DNA of 64,000 bases from an uncultured Pseudomonadota bacterium (GCA_949295025.1 CASFJK010000005.1:13235-77234); one strand, 5' to 3'; shown: positions 1 to 9,786, counted from the first letter of the stretch. Made by a program: numbers and translations. Notes: generated by a model from the sequence alone, not told the origin.

Positions 1-771
1 AAGATTAAGGGTTAAGTCTGCCTTAGAAGCATCTTTGGTCCAAGGGCTGCCACCGCCAATCGGACAAGCTGTAGAATAAAAATCGCAAGCAAGCTTACGA
101 CCGGTGATACCGCAATCGGCAATGGAAGAATGGTATGTATAAGCCCCTGTTCCGTTGATGATGATATTTTTTGGTGTTTCACCAAGTGTATCAATCACAA
201 ATCGGGTTAAATCTTCTTGTTTAAGCATTGGAACGGCAGCAATAGCCGTTTCAATTTTTCCGTCATCATCAAGAGTGATTTGGGTTTTGATATCTAAGCC
301 CAAATGGTCAGATTGCAAAGCCTTTTGATAAAGAGCGCGATTGAGTTTGCGTGCAAGATAAAGCTCATGATTTATCTGTCCTTCACCTTGGCAAGCATAA
401 CCGACAAACACGCCTTGGTCGCCCCATCCATCTTGTTCCACACCTTGGTTAATTTCGGCTGATTGCTGCCCTATGAGGTTAATCACCTTAATCTTGCTTG
501 GTTCAATGGCATATTTACCCCATATTTTGGCATAATTTTCAGAATATCCAACTTTTTCAAGAGCTTTCAAAACATAATCGTTGAGCTTGTCCAAAGACAC
601 GTTGCCTTTGATTTCACCGCCCAAGATAACGGTATTATCTTTGAGCATCACTTCAACGGCATATTTCACCGTTTTATCTTGCTCAATCATACGGTCCAAA
701 ATGTAGCTTGAAATATAATCGGAAGTTTTATCGGGATGTCCGAGCGACACCGCCTCTGCAGTTTTTTGCAT
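1..771 (-). CDS. metK: S-adenosylmethionine synthetase, 3' end runs off the window; absent from the ORF track
   Basis: Manual translation MQKTAEAVSLGHPDKTSDYIS...GWGDQG...KTQIT...GITGRKL; GHPDK and GxGDQG motifs; AAGGAG SD upstream. Confidence 0.95.
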   Translation of the reverse strand, partial: MQKTAEAVSLGHPDKTSDYISSYILDRMIEQDKTVKYAVEVMLKDNTVILGGEIKGNVSLDKLNDYVLKALEKVGYSENYAKIWGKYAIEPSKIKVINLIGQQSAEINQGVEQDGWGDQGVFVGYACQGEGQINHELYLARKLNRALYQKALQSDHLGLDIKTQITLDDDGKIETAIAAVPMLKQEDLTRFVIDTLGETPKNIIINGTGAYTYHSSIADCGITGRKLACDFYSTACPIGGGSPWTKDASKADLTLNL

Positions 772-779
772 AGTTTAGT

Positions 780-826
780 CTCCTTGTTTAGTCCTCTGTT
801 GCGGGACAAGTCAGGTTAAATCCACA
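780..826 (-). promoter_or_regulatory. SAM-II/SAM-V-type pseudoknot riboswitch
   Basis: UGUG-GAUUUAACCUGAC-UUGUCC-CGCA-ACAGA-GGACUAAAC-AAGGAG; P1 UGUG/CGCA, P2 GUCC/GGAC, AUUU and UAAA signatures, directly before the metK SD. Confidence 0.75.
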
Positions 827-955
827 TTTCAAAAGCTTGCGCTTTCATCTTTTATGATGCTCCTGACATCAGATAAAGTCAATATAAAAAAGATTGTATC
901 ATCACAAATTTTATGCTAAGTTTACTTTATAAAAAAACAACAAGGAAAAACAAGA

Positions 956-1870
956 ATGAAAACGCAAAAAGTATATTTAGATTATCTTCCTGAATATGAC
1001 ACTTACGGAATTTCTGATGAAAAAATCAAACAATTAAAAGAGGCCGGCATCACCCCGATTTTAGAACTTTCACAAGAAGACGCTCAAATTTTATCTGAAA
1101 AACAAAAAAACAATGAAAAGCAACCAACCATTGGTTTTTTAATGGGGCGTGAAAAAGGACATTACACCATCGACAGAGCCTACGTTCAAGCTTTGAGCCA
1201 AACCGGTGCCAAGTTGCGCTTTTTGACTTTTGAAGATAACCTCGCCCAAATGAACGATATTAATGGTTTGGTTCTCCCCGGTGGCGCTTTTGATTCGCCA
1301 AACGAGTTTTATACCGATCCTAACAAAAAAACCGACAACACACCGGGGACACGCTCTTATGCTTACATTTCTTCCATTGTTAAAGCCGAACAAAACAATA
1401 TTCCGATTTTAGGAATTTGTGCCGGAGCGCAAATGCTGGGCGGCATGCACCACATGAAAATGTACCGCAACCTTAAAGAATATACCCAAACATCAATTGA
1501 GCATAAAACCAAAGATTTAGAAGCACATGAGGTGTTTGTTTATCCGGATACCCCTTTGGCACAAATCTTGGGCGAAGGAAAAATGATTGTTAATTCCCGT
1601 CACAAAGAAGCTATGATGCCAAACGATAAAATCTCCGATATGAAAATTTATGCCTCATCTAAAGACGGCACACCCGAAGCTTGGGGCAATGCAGATAAAA
1701 ACATTCTCTGCATTCAATGGCATCCGGAAGACTTTGCTGTCAAAGGAAATAAAAAAATGCAAGATATTTATAATTGGTTGGTAACAAAAGCCAAAGAACA
1801 CCAACAAAAACAACAAATGAACAATATACTGAAACATCAAATGAAAAATTTTTTCTCGTGGTTAAAATGA
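956..1870 (+). CDS. Class I glutamine amidotransferase / gamma-glutamyl-GABA hydrolase-like (peptidase C26)
   Basis: GLVLPGG, PILGICAGAQ, VNSRH, IQWHPE (Cys-His-Glu triad). Confidence 0.9.
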   Translation: MKTQKVYLDYLPEYDTYGISDEKIKQLKEAGITPILELSQEDAQILSEKQKNNEKQPTIGFLMGREKGHYTIDRAYVQALSQTGAKLRFLTFEDNLAQMNDINGLVLPGGAFDSPNEFYTDPNKKTDNTPGTRSYAYISSIVKAEQNNIPILGICAGAQMLGGMHHMKMYRNLKEYTQTSIEHKTKDLEAHEVFVYPDTPLAQILGEGKMIVNSRHKEAMMPNDKISDMKIYASSKDGTPEAWGNADKNILCIQWHPEDFAVKGNKKMQDIYNWLVTKAKEHQQKQQMNNILKHQMKNFFSWLK

Positions 1871-2469
1871 AGAAAACATATCTTACCTTACTCTTGATGG
1901 CAGGGCTAATCTGTGCCTGCTCTCAAACCAAAGAAGTAAATGGAACACTGCGTATGGGACACGAAGTTCGTTCTTTTACCGATGCTTCCAATCATAAAGA
2001 ATATTGGCTGATTGACAAATCACAAAGCCTTATGCCGGCTTATCAAAAAATCATTGGTCAAGAAGTTGCAGCTTATCAACCCATTCATGCCCGTTTACAA
2101 GTTAAAGACATCGGCAAACTTGAAGATGGTTTTGGCGCAGAATATGATGGCGGCTATGAAGTAAAAAAAATCATCGCCCTTTCCTATCCGCAGCTCTTGG
2201 GCGCTTGGATTGAAAATGTGCCCAATATACCTAATCTGAAACAAGGCTTCGTTTTGGAAGAAGATGGGACAGCCAAATCGGTCAATATGGCCACTTTGCA
2301 ATACAGCTCATGGCAACAAAACGGCAATGAACTGATTTTGAGCGGCAAAAGCATCGGCAATCAGCAAACGATTGACTTTACAGACCGCTATAAAATTCAA
2401 AAATTGACAGAAGAAACATTGGTTCTGCAATCAGGTTCCAGAACTTATACATATAAAAAGCAAAAATAA
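1867..2469 (+). CDS. Lipoprotein with C-terminal lipocalin-like domain
   Basis: Signal peptide with Cys lipobox (MKKTYLTLLLMAGLICAC); LLGAW...SVNMATLQYSSW; ATGA overlap with upstream gene. Confidence 0.7.
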   Translation: MKKTYLTLLLMAGLICACSQTKEVNGTLRMGHEVRSFTDASNHKEYWLIDKSQSLMPAYQKIIGQEVAAYQPIHARLQVKDIGKLEDGFGAEYDGGYEVKKIIALSYPQLLGAWIENVPNIPNLKQGFVLEEDGTAKSVNMATLQYSSWQQNGNELILSGKSIGNQQTIDFTDRYKIQKLTEETLVLQSGSRTYTYKKQK

Positions 2470-3053
2470 TGACTGAAAATTACCTAGAAAAATCACAAGA
2501 AAATCAAAAACGTGCCTGGGAAGTGGTAAGAAAATCGCGTCTTGTACCGCTTTGGGAAGGCATTGGCGCTAAGGTTAATCTGGTTGGTTCCTTAAAAATC
2601 GGTGTTTTGGGCAAACACTTGGATATTGATTTTCATATCTACACACCGGAGCTCAAGCTTGGTCAAAGTTTTGATATAATGGCACAAATTGCAGAAAATT
2701 TGAGTGCAAAATCTTGCCAATTTATCAATTCTGCTACGACGGAAGAAAAATGTTTTGAATGGCACCTCACCTGTGCCGATTCTGACAATCAGCTTTGGCA
2801 AATTGACATCATCCAAATCAAACAAGGCTCAAAATATGATGGTTGGTTTGAAAACATTGCCGAAAAGATAAAAGCCGCTATGACAGAAGAACAAAAACAA
2901 ACCATACTAAGACTCAAGTTTGAAACACCTGAAAACATCAAAATCAGCGGTATGGAATATTACAAAGCAGTTATCCAAGACAATGTCAAAAATATGGATG
3001 AGTTGCTGGAATGGCAAGAGAAGCACCATTTTTCAGGTATAATTGAGTGGTAA
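2469..3053 (+). CDS. Nucleotidyltransferase-fold protein
   Basis: LVGS-x10-DID motif plus distal WQIDI. Confidence 0.6.
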   Translation: MTENYLEKSQENQKRAWEVVRKSRLVPLWEGIGAKVNLVGSLKIGVLGKHLDIDFHIYTPELKLGQSFDIMAQIAENLSAKSCQFINSATTEEKCFEWHLTCADSDNQLWQIDIIQIKQGSKYDGWFENIAEKIKAAMTEEQKQTILRLKFETPENIKISGMEYYKAVIQDNVKNMDELLEWQEKHHFSGIIEW

Positions 3054-3197
3054 AAGTTTTTGTCAATTTTGTCTTGACTTTTATATTTTATCTGTTTAGG
3101 ATTAAAAACATTCAATAAGTAATTAATAAATTATTAACCTTTTTCGGGACGTAGGAGCGCCCCTTTCTTTAGTTTTCTCTAAAGATAAAAAAATACC

Positions 3198-3467
3198 ATG
3201 TCTAAAAAACAAACAAATACCAAAATGGTTGATGCAACTCAGGCTGGTTTAGAAAAGTTCCGTCGTTATGCTGTGCCTCGTAGAATAGAATTGGACGAGA
3301 AAACGTATAGCATTCGGTCGGTTACTCACCGCAACAAAACAAGCCGATTGGAAGTAATCAACGCCAGTTGCAACGGAAAAAACGGCTGGGTTGTAAACAT
3401 AGCCAACCGTCAACGTAAATTTGTGACAACTGACGATGGCTATTTTGTATCTTCAAAAGTAGAATGA
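3198..3467 (+). CDS. Hypothetical basic protein
   Basis: 89 aa ORF between a TTGAC promoter-like element and a terminator hairpin. Confidence 0.6.
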   Translation: MSKKQTNTKMVDATQAGLEKFRRYAVPRRIELDEKTYSIRSVTHRNKTSRLEVINASCNGKNGWVVNIANRQRKFVTTDDGYFVSSKVE

Positions 3468-3535
3468 AATATTAATCTAGCTATGAAAATTGAAAGCGTT
3501 GATTTGTCGGGAGACAAACAACGCTTTTTTATTCA

Positions 3536-3748
3536 TCATTTGATTGTATCAAGAATGCAAAGAACAAAAACAAACGCAATCACATAAAACCCCATCAAGC
3601 TAACTGCAACATTAGAACATATCTCATTTCCGTAACTATCATAATGTATCACTTCACGGCGTTTATCACGATAATAATCAATAATCAATCCGACAATCAA
3701 ACAAACAACAAAGCCACAAGCGGCAACAATGTAAAAAATCTTTTCCAT
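3536..3748 (-). CDS. Small two-TM membrane protein
   Basis: Two hydrophobic segments; ATG at 3748 in ATTATG context. Confidence 0.6.
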   Translation of the reverse strand: MEKIFYIVAACGFVVCLIVGLIIDYYRDKRREVIHYDSYGNEICSNVAVSLMGFYVIAFVFVLCILDTIK

Positions 3749-3915
3749 AATACGCAATGATTAAAATTAATAATAAAATTTTGTAGAATTTGATAAAACA
3801 CAAAGCAAACAAAAAGTCAAGAAAATCAATACACAAACGAAGATATTGACAAAATAGAAAAAACGTATAATGTATCTAACAATAAAAATATTATTAACTT
3901 TTAAATTATCTTGTT

Positions 3916-4233
3916 ATGAAAAGGATTATGTTTTGGGCAACATTGTTATTGTCCTTTGTGTTTGTAAGCTCAGCTCAAGCACAAGAAAATGAGAAAAAGA
4001 TCAGAGCAGCTGCAACTTCCGTTACTTCTCGTACTCCGGGAATTGATGGTGCAAACAATGTGAAGGAGTTTTCAAACGGAGAAACCAAACTTATGGTTAC
4101 AAAAAACGCCTCTAAACGAAAACGGAAAGAAGCTGTAAAATTGAGTTATGACCTTTACAAAAAAGGGGAGATAACTTACGAAGAACATTTGTCTCTTACT
4201 AAGGATTTAGATTGTAAACCTGGCAAAAAATGA
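3916..4233 (+). CDS. Secreted hypothetical protein
   Basis: Signal peptide ending AQA; upstream TTGACA; downstream terminator. Confidence 0.7.
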   Translation: MKRIMFWATLLLSFVFVSSAQAQENEKKIRAAATSVTSRTPGIDGANNVKEFSNGETKLMVTKNASKRKRKEAVKLSYDLYKKGEITYEEHLSLTKDLDCKPGKK

Positions 4234-4244
4234 CAATTTCTATC

Positions 4245-4280
4245 AAAAAAGGAGGATTTCCATCGAAATCCCCCTTTTTT
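4245..4280. terminator. Bidirectional terminator, GAGGATTTC-N4/5-GAAATCCCC family
   Basis: A-tract/stem/T-tract; near-identical at 24570-24606 and 56401-56437. Confidence 0.8.
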
Positions 4281-4647
4281 ATTTGTCTTGACAGTTTTTA
4301 GGCTCTTGATACCACTTATCGCAGTATAAATCTGCCAAATTTTTTCTCGTAAAAGTACGAGCAATAAACTGCCGACGATAAATCGGCTTTTCCGATTTAA
4401 CACTAAACTTTCTTCTGGTCTCCTTCAATGTTGCCGCATGTGCTTTCAATTTTCCTCTTTGAAGGCAACGTAAGCAACATTCCTCGACACTAATCACTTG
4501 TCTGGCTCCATTGATGGAAAGACCTAGTAAAAACTGGTGATATTCAGCATTTACTATTCTCTCTAAAATGCACCACTTTAACTTTTCTTTAGGCACATTA
4601 AAATGCTTAGAAAAAAACTCTAAGCTTGAAAAATCTATTTTACTCAT
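4279..4647 (-). CDS. Hypothetical protein
   Basis: ORF; probable start MSKIDF in ATTATG context. Confidence 0.5.
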   Translation of the reverse strand: MSKIDFSSLEFFSKHFNVPKEKLKWCILERIVNAEYHQFLLGLSINGARQVISVEECCLRCLQRGKLKAHAATLKETRRKFSVKSEKPIYRRQFIARTFTRKNLADLYCDKWYQEPKNCQDK

Positions 4648-4801
4648 AATTAAATAATTATATATTATAGACAAAAATATATAACATATTTCATGCTTTT
4701 TGTCAACAAACATATTTAATGCTTTGTCTTAAATATTTTTTGACAAATGGCACTTATCATTACACAATATTATATATGAGGAAAATATAAGGGACTCCGT
4801 T

Positions 4802-6367
4802 ATGGAAGAAAACACAAATAATAATCCGCCCAGAAAAAAACGACCACGCATTCAGCGTCCTCGCATTCAGCCGCAAACATTTACATTACCCATGTTTACG
4901 GACAGACAAAACCGTGAGCATATTGAACCGCAAAAAAGATTAAGTTTGGTTGAAGCTCTGCAAAATTTGGTCAAAAAACCCGAAGAATTTTGCCGCACCA
5001 ATCCGCAAATGGTTAAGAATATTCTTAGCAAAATTGTTTCCGAATATGATATTGCCAAAGTATCAAGCGGAGATATTCTAACTTTGGTAAAAAAGTATGA
5101 AAATGCCATTGAAAGAAAATATATCACGTCAGCGGCACGCCAAGATATTCAAAACCTTCTCTCTGCAAACCCGCGCCCACTTCTCGAAAGAGACAATAAA
5201 ATTCGTTTGGAATGTATGGAACAACTAAAAAAATTGTCAGAGAAAAAAGAAATCACACCTGAACAATATCAATATTTACATAAGACTTATTTTTCGGACA
5301 TTATCTCAAAAGACAATCTGCCCCATGCACAAGTTTCTCAAATGTTACGTTGCATGGCTTCAGGAAAATTTTATGCTCCAATCGGTCCTGATAGAAAAAT
5401 AGATAGAAAAAAATTTTCTCCAACATTTCTAAAAATTTTGAACCAAAAGAAAAAATCTAACATTTCAGCCAAAATTGAAGATTACGACTTTTTCGGCTTA
5501 GATAAAAATAAGCAACCCAAATCAAAAGTTTGGTATGCTGTTAAAGATAGTCGTAATTTTCAAAAACTCAAAAATATCATTGCCAAACGCTGCATAGAAA
5601 AAGGTATCGCTCCAGAACAAGCTTACAATCTTAATCCTGCAGATTTGTGGATGCTACTAGCAAAAGATATTGAAAAGACAAAACCCATTCCGTTTTCTTC
5701 TCTTTGCAAAGATGCCAATCCGGCACCATTTGAAGAATTTTCCGTTAAACTTGGTCAAATATTATCAATTGGCGGTGCCTTAGAAATGAAACAAGAACAA
5801 ACAATAAATCTCTGGTTAAAACATTTTGCCTCTAAGCAAGAAAAAGAAGATTTTACAAATAAATATTCTCCCGACTTCAAATTGTTTATCCAAAGATGTG
5901 AACGCATTTATCAAAAGCTGGAACAAGATTTCAAACAAAATCACATCAATCCCAAATTTATGTCACTCTGGGTAGAAAGTATGCTCAAAAACAAAAGCAT
6001 CAATCCCTCTTTGGTTGATTGTCCGAGAAAACCTTATAAAATAGACATTCACCACTGGGATAGATTATCCTCTCTGCAAGATGGTGATAATCCAGCCAAG
6101 AAAAACAATCTGGATAACTTTGGTGTGATGATAATGTATCATGACTATAGTTTTGATATTCATGCTCAAGAACACCAAGGAGAAAGCGCTCATTTTGTTC
6201 TGGCAAACAGAGAACAAACAACCATGAACAAAGACCGTCGTTTTCTCTTTGCTACCTCAAATTGCCTTTACATTAGCGATAATATAATGTATGAAGCATC
6301 AGATTATGCTCCTTTGAATAAAGAAGCTTCATCTCACAACTTAACCATAGACAAACAAAGAGCCTAA
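4802..6367 (+). CDS. Large protein with C-terminal HNH-like motif
   Basis: IDIHH-x16-N-x3-N-x14-H-x3-H; N-terminal PPRKKRPR. Confidence 0.65.
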   Translation: MEENTNNNPPRKKRPRIQRPRIQPQTFTLPMFTDRQNREHIEPQKRLSLVEALQNLVKKPEEFCRTNPQMVKNILSKIVSEYDIAKVSSGDILTLVKKYENAIERKYITSAARQDIQNLLSANPRPLLERDNKIRLECMEQLKKLSEKKEITPEQYQYLHKTYFSDIISKDNLPHAQVSQMLRCMASGKFYAPIGPDRKIDRKKFSPTFLKILNQKKKSNISAKIEDYDFFGLDKNKQPKSKVWYAVKDSRNFQKLKNIIAKRCIEKGIAPEQAYNLNPADLWMLLAKDIEKTKPIPFSSLCKDANPAPFEEFSVKLGQILSIGGALEMKQEQTINLWLKHFASKQEKEDFTNKYSPDFKLFIQRCERIYQKLEQDFKQNHINPKFMSLWVESMLKNKSINPSLVDCPRKPYKIDIHHWDRLSSLQDGDNPAKKNNLDNFGVMIMYHDYSFDIHAQEHQGESAHFVLANREQTTMNKDRRFLFATSNCLYISDNIMYEASDYAPLNKEASSHNLTIDKQRA

Positions 6368-6370
6368 TTC

Positions 6371-6775
6371 ATGAACCAAGCTGTAGAAGAATATCACAGA
6401 AAGCGCAGAGCTTTTATTATCTTGCCCCAAGTTGGCATAATTATCGGCGAACATGGACAACCCCACTCACATCGCGAAATTTTAAAACATATCGGCTGCT
6501 CTGATGAGCAGATATCGCATATTTTAGAAAACTACCCACGCGGCTATTTTCTAAACAACAAACTTGTCATGTACCAATCTGATGATATGAAAGAAGGAGA
6601 AAGTTGGCAGCTCCAACCGGAGAATTATGAGCTTGTAAAAAAATATTTCCGCGACTTGAAAAAAATCTTCGACCTCAACACACAAAGCCAAATATTTTTA
6701 GGCGTATCTCGCGGCAAAGAAGGTGAAATCTGGCCAACAATTAACGAAGTTGATTTAGATTTTTTTAATGAGTAA
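6371..6775 (+). CDS. Hypothetical protein
   Basis: 134 aa ORF packed in the co-directional run (3 and 5 nt gaps). Confidence 0.75.
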   Translation: MNQAVEEYHRKRRAFIILPQVGIIIGEHGQPHSHREILKHIGCSDEQISHILENYPRGYFLNNKLVMYQSDDMKEGESWQLQPENYELVKKYFRDLKKIFDLNTQSQIFLGVSRGKEGEIWPTINEVDLDFFNE

Positions 6776-6780
6776 AGAGT

Positions 6781-7656
6781 ATGAAAATAAAGGCTTTTAT
6801 CCTTATTTTATGTATCATTACCGCAATAGCAATTTATACTTACCGAAACAATATGGTACAAAAATTATATCGCATAACCTTAGACAAAGACTGTGAAGTC
6901 GGCGTTGCGGTTATCCATGGCAACAAACATTGGCTCCTAAATAATGATAAAAGCTATCCCTTGATGAGTGTATTCAAAATCTTTGTTGCTGCTGCCGTTT
7001 TAGAAAAAACAGAAAAAGAAAATACTCCATTAAACAGCCCTATCATTATCACACCGGATATAATTTATCCGACCTATAGCCCGCTACGAGATAAAATCAA
7101 GCAATATCCCTACCAAAGCTCGATTGAAGAATTACTTACCTATATGCTCGCACAAAGTGATAATATCGCCACAGATGTTCTTATATCTTATTTAGGCGGC
7201 ATTGATAAACTCAATCAATTTATTTCATCAGCAGGCTTTCCTCAGATAACTATCAAAGTCAATGAAAAACAAATGAGTGAAGATATTCAAACTCAAAAAT
7301 TGAATGTTGCTCATCCTCAGGATATTGCCTTATTTTTGAAAGCTATTAATGACGGAAAAATTCTTTCAGCAAAACAGGCAGAAGTTTTCAGAAATATCCT
7401 GAAACAAACACAGACCGGTCTAAACAAACTCAAGGCAGGATTACCAAACAACGTTGTTATCGGACACAAAACCGGCTCTTCCGACCGAGATAACAATGAG
7501 GTTAAAATCGGCGATAATGATACCGGATTTGTCGTTCTTCCTAATGGCGAAATTTATTACATTGTAGTAATGATTAAAAATTCAAAAATGAGTGACGACC
7601 AAAATGCCAATCTCATCTCCCAAATTTCTAAACTTGTTTATGAAAAACTAAAATAA
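6781..7656 (+). CDS. Class A serine beta-lactamase, subclass A2-like
   Basis: SVFK, SDN, NEKQM (E166 region), HKTGSS; hydrophobic N-terminus. Confidence 0.92.
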   Translation: MKIKAFILILCIITAIAIYTYRNNMVQKLYRITLDKDCEVGVAVIHGNKHWLLNNDKSYPLMSVFKIFVAAAVLEKTEKENTPLNSPIIITPDIIYPTYSPLRDKIKQYPYQSSIEELLTYMLAQSDNIATDVLISYLGGIDKLNQFISSAGFPQITIKVNEKQMSEDIQTQKLNVAHPQDIALFLKAINDGKILSAKQAEVFRNILKQTQTGLNKLKAGLPNNVVIGHKTGSSDRDNNEVKIGDNDTGFVVLPNGEIYYIVVMIKNSKMSDDQNANLISQISKLVYEKLK

Positions 7657-7670
7657 GATACGGAGTAAAT

Positions 7671-8207
7671 ATGAAACTAACGGAAGCGCGCGACCAAAAA
7701 CTTTTAGCCCAAATTCAAACTTTATATTTTGAGGCTTTTCCAAAAGAAGAAAGAAAACCCTTTTCTCTTCTGCTGGAAACCAGAGAAAAAGGACAAAGCG
7801 AAATTTTGGCAATAGAAAATGAACATAATGACTTTTTAGGCTTAGCAATTACGGCAAAACATAAAGACATGGTTTTGTTAGATTATTTTGCCATTTCATC
7901 ACAGCAACGCAGCTCCGGCATCGGCTCAAAAGCTTTTCAAAACATAAAACAGCGCTATGCTGACAAACGCTTCTTTTTAGAAATCGAGCGCACGGATATA
8001 GCCGCCAATAATCAAGTTCAACGACAAAAAAGAAAGAATTTTTATCTTAAAAACGGCATGCAAAATGCCCCCTTCATGGTAGATTTATTTGGTGTTGAAA
8101 TGGAAATTTTGGCTCATAATTGCCAACTGGAATACGAAGAATATTTCAACCTTTATCACACGCTGTTTGGCAACTACATCTCCCAACACATTCATTTGGT
8201 AAAATGA
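7671..8207 (+). CDS. GNAT acetyltransferase
   Basis: AFPKEER, LLDYFAI, QRSSGIGS, RKNFYLKNG. Confidence 0.9.
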   Translation: MKLTEARDQKLLAQIQTLYFEAFPKEERKPFSLLLETREKGQSEILAIENEHNDFLGLAITAKHKDMVLLDYFAISSQQRSSGIGSKAFQNIKQRYADKRFFLEIERTDIAANNQVQRQKRKNFYLKNGMQNAPFMVDLFGVEMEILAHNCQLEYEEYFNLYHTLFGNYISQHIHLVK

Positions 8208-8270
8208 AAAAATCAGCCGCGCCATAAACAAACAAAAAAACCAGCCTCAAAGGCTGGCTTTTTTTCTTTT

Positions 8271-8347
<77 letters not shown>

Positions 8348-8457
8348 ATAAGTTATCGCTCATCGCGAACATCCCCTATTTACTCTTTTTTAACCATACT
8401 GTCAAGCAAAAATTTTATATTTTTTTATAAAAAATACAAATATTCATCAACTTTTTC

Positions 8458-8652
8458 TTAAAAAATCGGGTTATAAGCCCATTGCAACAAAGCCTGTCTT
8501 TGTCTTGGACGACAAAACAAATCACCAATCAGACAATTTTGTTCAACTTGCGCTTTGTGCCGCTTAAAAGCTTTCCATCGTTTAATTTGCAAAGCATCAA
8601 CTTCCGACAAACGCCTACCCATATAATAGCGACAATACCACTGAAACCATCC
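8458..8652 (-). pseudogene. 3' remnant of a conserved hypothetical gene
   Basis: [15 protein letters not shown]...[11 protein letters not shown]...[18 protein letters not shown]; no 5' half or start. Confidence 0.75.
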
Positions 8653-8999
8653 GCAATTTAGAAGCTGAAGGAATCACAATCGACAAACCTACCGGCAACT
8701 GGAAAAAGCCGACCAAAGCCGGTGCAGCCGGTGCGTTGAACTTACTCCCCGGTGTCGGCAATTTTTATCTTGCCGCCGGCAATGCCGGAGACAGCGACCA
8801 ATATCTTTATGGCTTTCTCAATCTGCTAACCTGACCGATTTCCGTCATTTGGGGAATTCCTGAAGCCGCTATCGATGCCAATAGCATTAATGAAAGAGAA
8901 CTTGTTTATTTTTACACTTATGATGAAGCCGGACAACTTGCTCTTGCCCAACGTGGCTTCAAGCTCACCGCTACCGGCAGACTGGAAAGAATTAAATAA
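8652..8999 (+). pseudogene. 3' remnant of a membrane protein gene with internal stop
   Basis: [13 protein letters not shown]...ALNLLPGVGNFYL...GFLNLLT*PISVIWGIPEAAIDA...RIK*; TGA at 8832; no start. Confidence 0.7.
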
Positions 9000-9051
9000 T
9001 ATACAAAAAAGCGGGCTTCAAAAGAAGTCCGCTTTTTTTATTTTTTTTGAT

Positions 9052-9720
9052 TTAAATCCATCCCAACTCTAACGCTTTTTGCTGAGCCTTGTCGTTCAAA
9101 ACACTTTTACGATGACAAAGTGTAACCAACTCTTTTGCTTCAGGTAAATCAAACAAAAGCAAATCATTATCTTCCCAGAAAGAATGTTGTGTCAAAATAT
9201 AATATGTTAACATTTTGGCAGGATGAGGCAAAGAAAACAACTTTGCTTCTTCTTCCTTTTCCAATTCATTTCCTATGGCAAAATATTGCATAAAGATGTC
9301 TTCTGCATCCGGCAAATTAAAAAATTCGGCTATAACTTCACGGCTAAAACTAAGCTCTTTTTGAATACATAGCTTTATCACTTCAGAAGCATGAGGCAAA
9401 CTAAACAACTTAACACCATTTACTCTGGAAATAATTCCTTCATTAGAGACATAATGTTTTACAACATCTTCTGCATCGGAAAAATCAAAAATTTCTTTTT
9501 CAAGACGATCATTTAATACACCATTGCGAGAAATAAAAAGCTTAATCACCTCACTTGGATGAGGCAAGGTCAAAAACAAATCTTGCTCATCATAAAAATC
9601 AATCCAACTCAAAATAGCAAGTTTCACAAGCTCTTCCGCATCAGGACGTTCAAAAATCTGCTTCTTTTCTTCAGGTGTCAAACGACGATCTCTGAGAATT
9701 TTGCTATAAATCAAATCCAT
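9052..9720 (-). CDS. Helical tandem-repeat protein (7 x ~28 aa)
   Basis: Repeated LFxLP(D/H)(A/P)xExxKxYI-like units. Confidence 0.75.
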   Translation of the reverse strand: MDLIYSKILRDRRLTPEEKKQIFERPDAEELVKLAILSWIDFYDEQDLFLTLPHPSEVIKLFISRNGVLNDRLEKEIFDFSDAEDVVKHYVSNEGIISRVNGVKLFSLPHASEVIKLCIQKELSFSREVIAEFFNLPDAEDIFMQYFAIGNELEKEEEAKLFSLPHPAKMLTYYILTQHSFWEDNDLLLFDLPEAKELVTLCHRKSVLNDKAQQKALELGWI

Positions 9721-9786
9721 AATATAAAAATTTTTTAATTAATAATAAATTATGCGAAAAGATATTTAACACACATTTTTTTTATG

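Noticed and set aside
3198..4713. Integron cassette array of small orphan genes
   Set aside because: Genes alternate in orientation, have their own promoters, and the hairpins are terminators without attC core sites.
8832..8834. In-frame TGA at a probable Trp position, suggesting TGA recoding
   Set aside because: Intact genes use TGG for Trp and several end at TGA (e.g. 1870, 8207, 9787); it is a nonsense mutation in a remnant.
8875..9072. 65 aa ORF from the track
   Set aside because: Out-of-frame reading of the pseudogene at 8652-8999 that runs through a terminator.
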